Shown here: positions 62,030 through 64,000 of the stretch, piece by piece | How the letters are laid out: the number at the start of each line of letters is the position of its first letter | Position numbering within the stretch: the first letter of the stretch is position 1 | Assembly (NCBI GenBank): GCA_963847445.1 | Contig: CAWJZV010000017.1 | Coordinates: 1 to 64,000, forward strand | DNA length: 64,000 nt | Source of the DNA: an uncultured delta proteobacterium | GTDB lineage: Bacteria; Desulfobacterota; Binatia; UBA9968 | Direction of reading: 5' to 3' | Position numbers and translations under genes: made by a program | The notes under the pieces: model-generated | The model's input: only the letters and a program-made list of their open reading frames with translations | What the model was told of the DNA's origin: nothing | Database searches by the model: none

Positions 62030-62881
62030 ATGCCTCCGCATTCTATCGGTTCTGGAACTATTTCCTTCGGCTTAGTGGCAATTCCGGTAAAACTTTACTC
62101 TGCCGCTTCTTCTCAGTCAGTCAGTTTTAATCTCTTGCATGCTAAATGCGGCAGTCGAATTCGCCAACAACGCTTCTGTCCGGTATGTAACGAAGTGCTC
62201 GAAAATGCCGACCTAGTTAAAGGCTTTGAGTTTGCCAAAGACCAATATGTAAAACTTGCCGACGAGGAGCTTAAAGCACTCGAGGGTGAAGCTTCCAAAG
62301 CGATTGAAATCGAGGAATTTGTCCCGCTCGCAAAAGTAGATCCGATTTACTTCGAAAAGACTTATTACCTTGGACCCGACAAAGGCGGCGAGAAACCTTA
62401 TCGGCTGCTAGCGGACGCGATGACCCAAGCCGGCAAAGTAGCTCTGGCTAAATTCATCATGCGCGGCAAGGAAAATCTTGTCTTGATTCGTTCAGCGCAA
62501 GATGGCTTGATGCTTCACACTATGTATTTCGCCGACGAGGTGCGAAGCTTCGATGAGGTTGCCAAGGGAGAGACAGCAAAAATCAGCGGCGCCGAGACCA
62601 ATCTGGCACTCCGGCTTATCGAGGAGTTGTCCAATCAAGAGTTCGAAGCCGAAAAGTATGAAGACCAATATCGCCGGCGGGTCACCGAACTGGTCAACAC
62701 CAAAGCCGAGGGCAAGGAGATTACGGTTGCCGCGCCGCAAGCGAAGCGCGCGCAGGTGATCGATCTAATGGCGGCGCTCAAAGAAAGTCTGGGTAGGAAA
62801 AGCAATCTCAAGGAAAGGAAGCCCGCGGTCCGTGCCAAATCGACCCAGCCTGAAAAAGACCGGAAATCAGCCAAAAAATGA
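62030..62881 (+). CDS. ku: Ku NHEJ protein
   Basis: GTISFGLVAIPVKLY, LVKGFE, VIDLMAALKESL. Confidence 0.95.
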   Translation: MPPHSIGSGTISFGLVAIPVKLYSAASSQSVSFNLLHAKCGSRIRQQRFCPVCNEVLENADLVKGFEFAKDQYVKLADEELKALEGEASKAIEIEEFVPLAKVDPIYFEKTYYLGPDKGGEKPYRLLADAMTQAGKVALAKFIMRGKENLVLIRSAQDGLMLHTMYFADEVRSFDEVAKGETAKISGAETNLALRLIEELSNQEFEAEKYEDQYRRRVTELVNTKAEGKEITVAAPQAKRAQVIDLMAALKESLGRKSNLKERKPAVRAKSTQPEKDRKSAKK

Positions 62882-63683
62882 GCGGTTCACCACCGCAGAG
62901 GTGGCGAAGATTCTCAATTTTTCAGGGAGCCGGATCCGTTCTTTTGTGCGTGCCGGTTTTATCACCCCTGATCGCGGAAACAAAAAGTCGCTCCAATTCA
63001 CGTTTCAGGACGTGATATTTTTAAAGACCGCTAAAGGCTTGCTCGATTCCCGCGTGCCGTCGAAGCGAGTCGCGCGCATGCTTTCGGCCTTAAAGCACCA
63101 GCTTCCCGATGGCCAACATCTGTCCAGTCTAAAAATTTACTCTGACGGCCGACGCGCCATCGTCTGGGACGGCAAGAGCCGCTGGCAGCCCGATTCGGGA
63201 CAGTTCCTTTTCAACTTCGACGCCCGCGCTATAGTGCAAAAGCTCAAGTTGCCACCAGCCCCGCCAAGCGAAAATCAACGGACCGCAGAGCACTGGTTCA
63301 ACTTAGCTGTCGAGCTCGAAGCAACGTCAATCAAGGAAGCGCAACGGGCCTATCATTTAGCTTTGGCGCTGGACGCAAAAATGGTCGACGCGCACTTAAA
63401 TCTTGGCAAACTTTATCATGACGGCGGCGAGCTGAAGAAAGCTGAGGCGCACTACCGCGCCGCGGCAGAGAACGCTCCGCACGATGCGGCAGCGCATTTC
63501 AATTTGGGCGTTCTGCTCGAAGATCTAAAACGGTCGCAAGACGCCATTGCCGCTTATCGAGAAGCGATCCGATTGGACCCCCGGTTCGCCGACGCCCACT
63601 ACAATCTCGGTCTGCTGTGCGAGGCGTTGGGCGAAAAGGCTGAAGCGATAAAGCATTTTCATAACGCCCAAAAAATTCGCTGA
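62878..63683 (+). CDS. MerR-like HTH + TPR protein (start probably frameshifted)
   Basis: FTTAEVAKIL..FTFQDV; SGQFLFNF; TPRs AHLNLG, AHFNLG, AHYNLG. Confidence 0.8.
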
Positions 63684-63689
63684 CTAACA

Positions 63690-64000
63690 ATGGCCTTAGA
63701 ATCTTACCGCAAGAAGCGCAATTTCAAGACTACCCCTGAACCAGCGGGCAGGATTAAAAAGCCGAAAAGCGGGGATCTCGCATTCGTAGTTCAAAAACAC
63801 GCCGCTAGCCGTCTGCATTACGACTTCAGATTGGAGCTTAACGGCGTGCTGCTGAGCTGGGCGGTGCCGAAAGGCCCTAGTCTAGATCCAAATGACAAAC
63901 GTCTGGCAATGCACGTCGAAGATCATCCCATTGAATACGGCGGATTCGAGGGGATAATTCCGCCAAAGCAATATGGCTCAGGGACCGTCATGCTATGGGA
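63690..64000 (+). CDS. ligD: DNA ligase D, N-terminal phosphoesterase domain (truncated by window; not in ORF track)
   Basis: [18 protein letters not shown]...[18 protein letters not shown]...[12 protein letters not shown]. Confidence 0.92.
   Translation, partial: MALESYRKKRNFKTTPEPAGRIKKPKSGDLAFVVQKHAASRLHYDFRLELNGVLLSWAVPKGPSLDPNDKRLAMHVEDHPIEYGGFEGIIPPKQYGSGTVMLW

Overview
A GC-rich bacterial window. Gene style suggests a Binatota/deltaproteobacterium-like genome (inference only), and many single-base frameshifts suggest an error-prone long-read assembly. The first ~7 kb holds CaiB CoA-transferases, an O-methyltransferase, a radical SAM enzyme, an ABC binding protein and PPK2. A stand-alone NRPS module follows, then a ~50-kb island of general-stress/dormancy-type genes: GT4+GH130, CarD, desaturase, ftsH remnant, PMM, Hsp20-Lon, three Crp/Fnr regulators, DUF3309/CsbD/GlsB-like small proteins, Mla/Pqi, an AOX-like oxidase, dodecin, OmpA, a sensor kinase with a sigma54 activator, a KaiC-like ATPase module, a ferritin-like protein, PBP1A and Ku-TPR-LigD. 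The strongest signal is non-coding. (1) A 37-bp double palindrome YCGAC-N6-GTCGA-N5-TCGAC-N6-GnCGA occurs 9 times, each upstream of a sigma54 -24/-12 promoter (one disrupted), mostly at a fixed 109-112 bp spacing. (2) A Crp/CooA-like box TGTCY-N6-RGACA occurs about 9 times, four of them exactly at the class II (-41.5) position of a TAnnnT -10. Together they suggest a two-tier sigma54/bEBP to Crp general-stress regulon. Also notable: a heptamer-hairpin element carrying a four-helix-bundle remnant inside a histidine kinase gene, and a Cys-nucleophile NRPS thioesterase.
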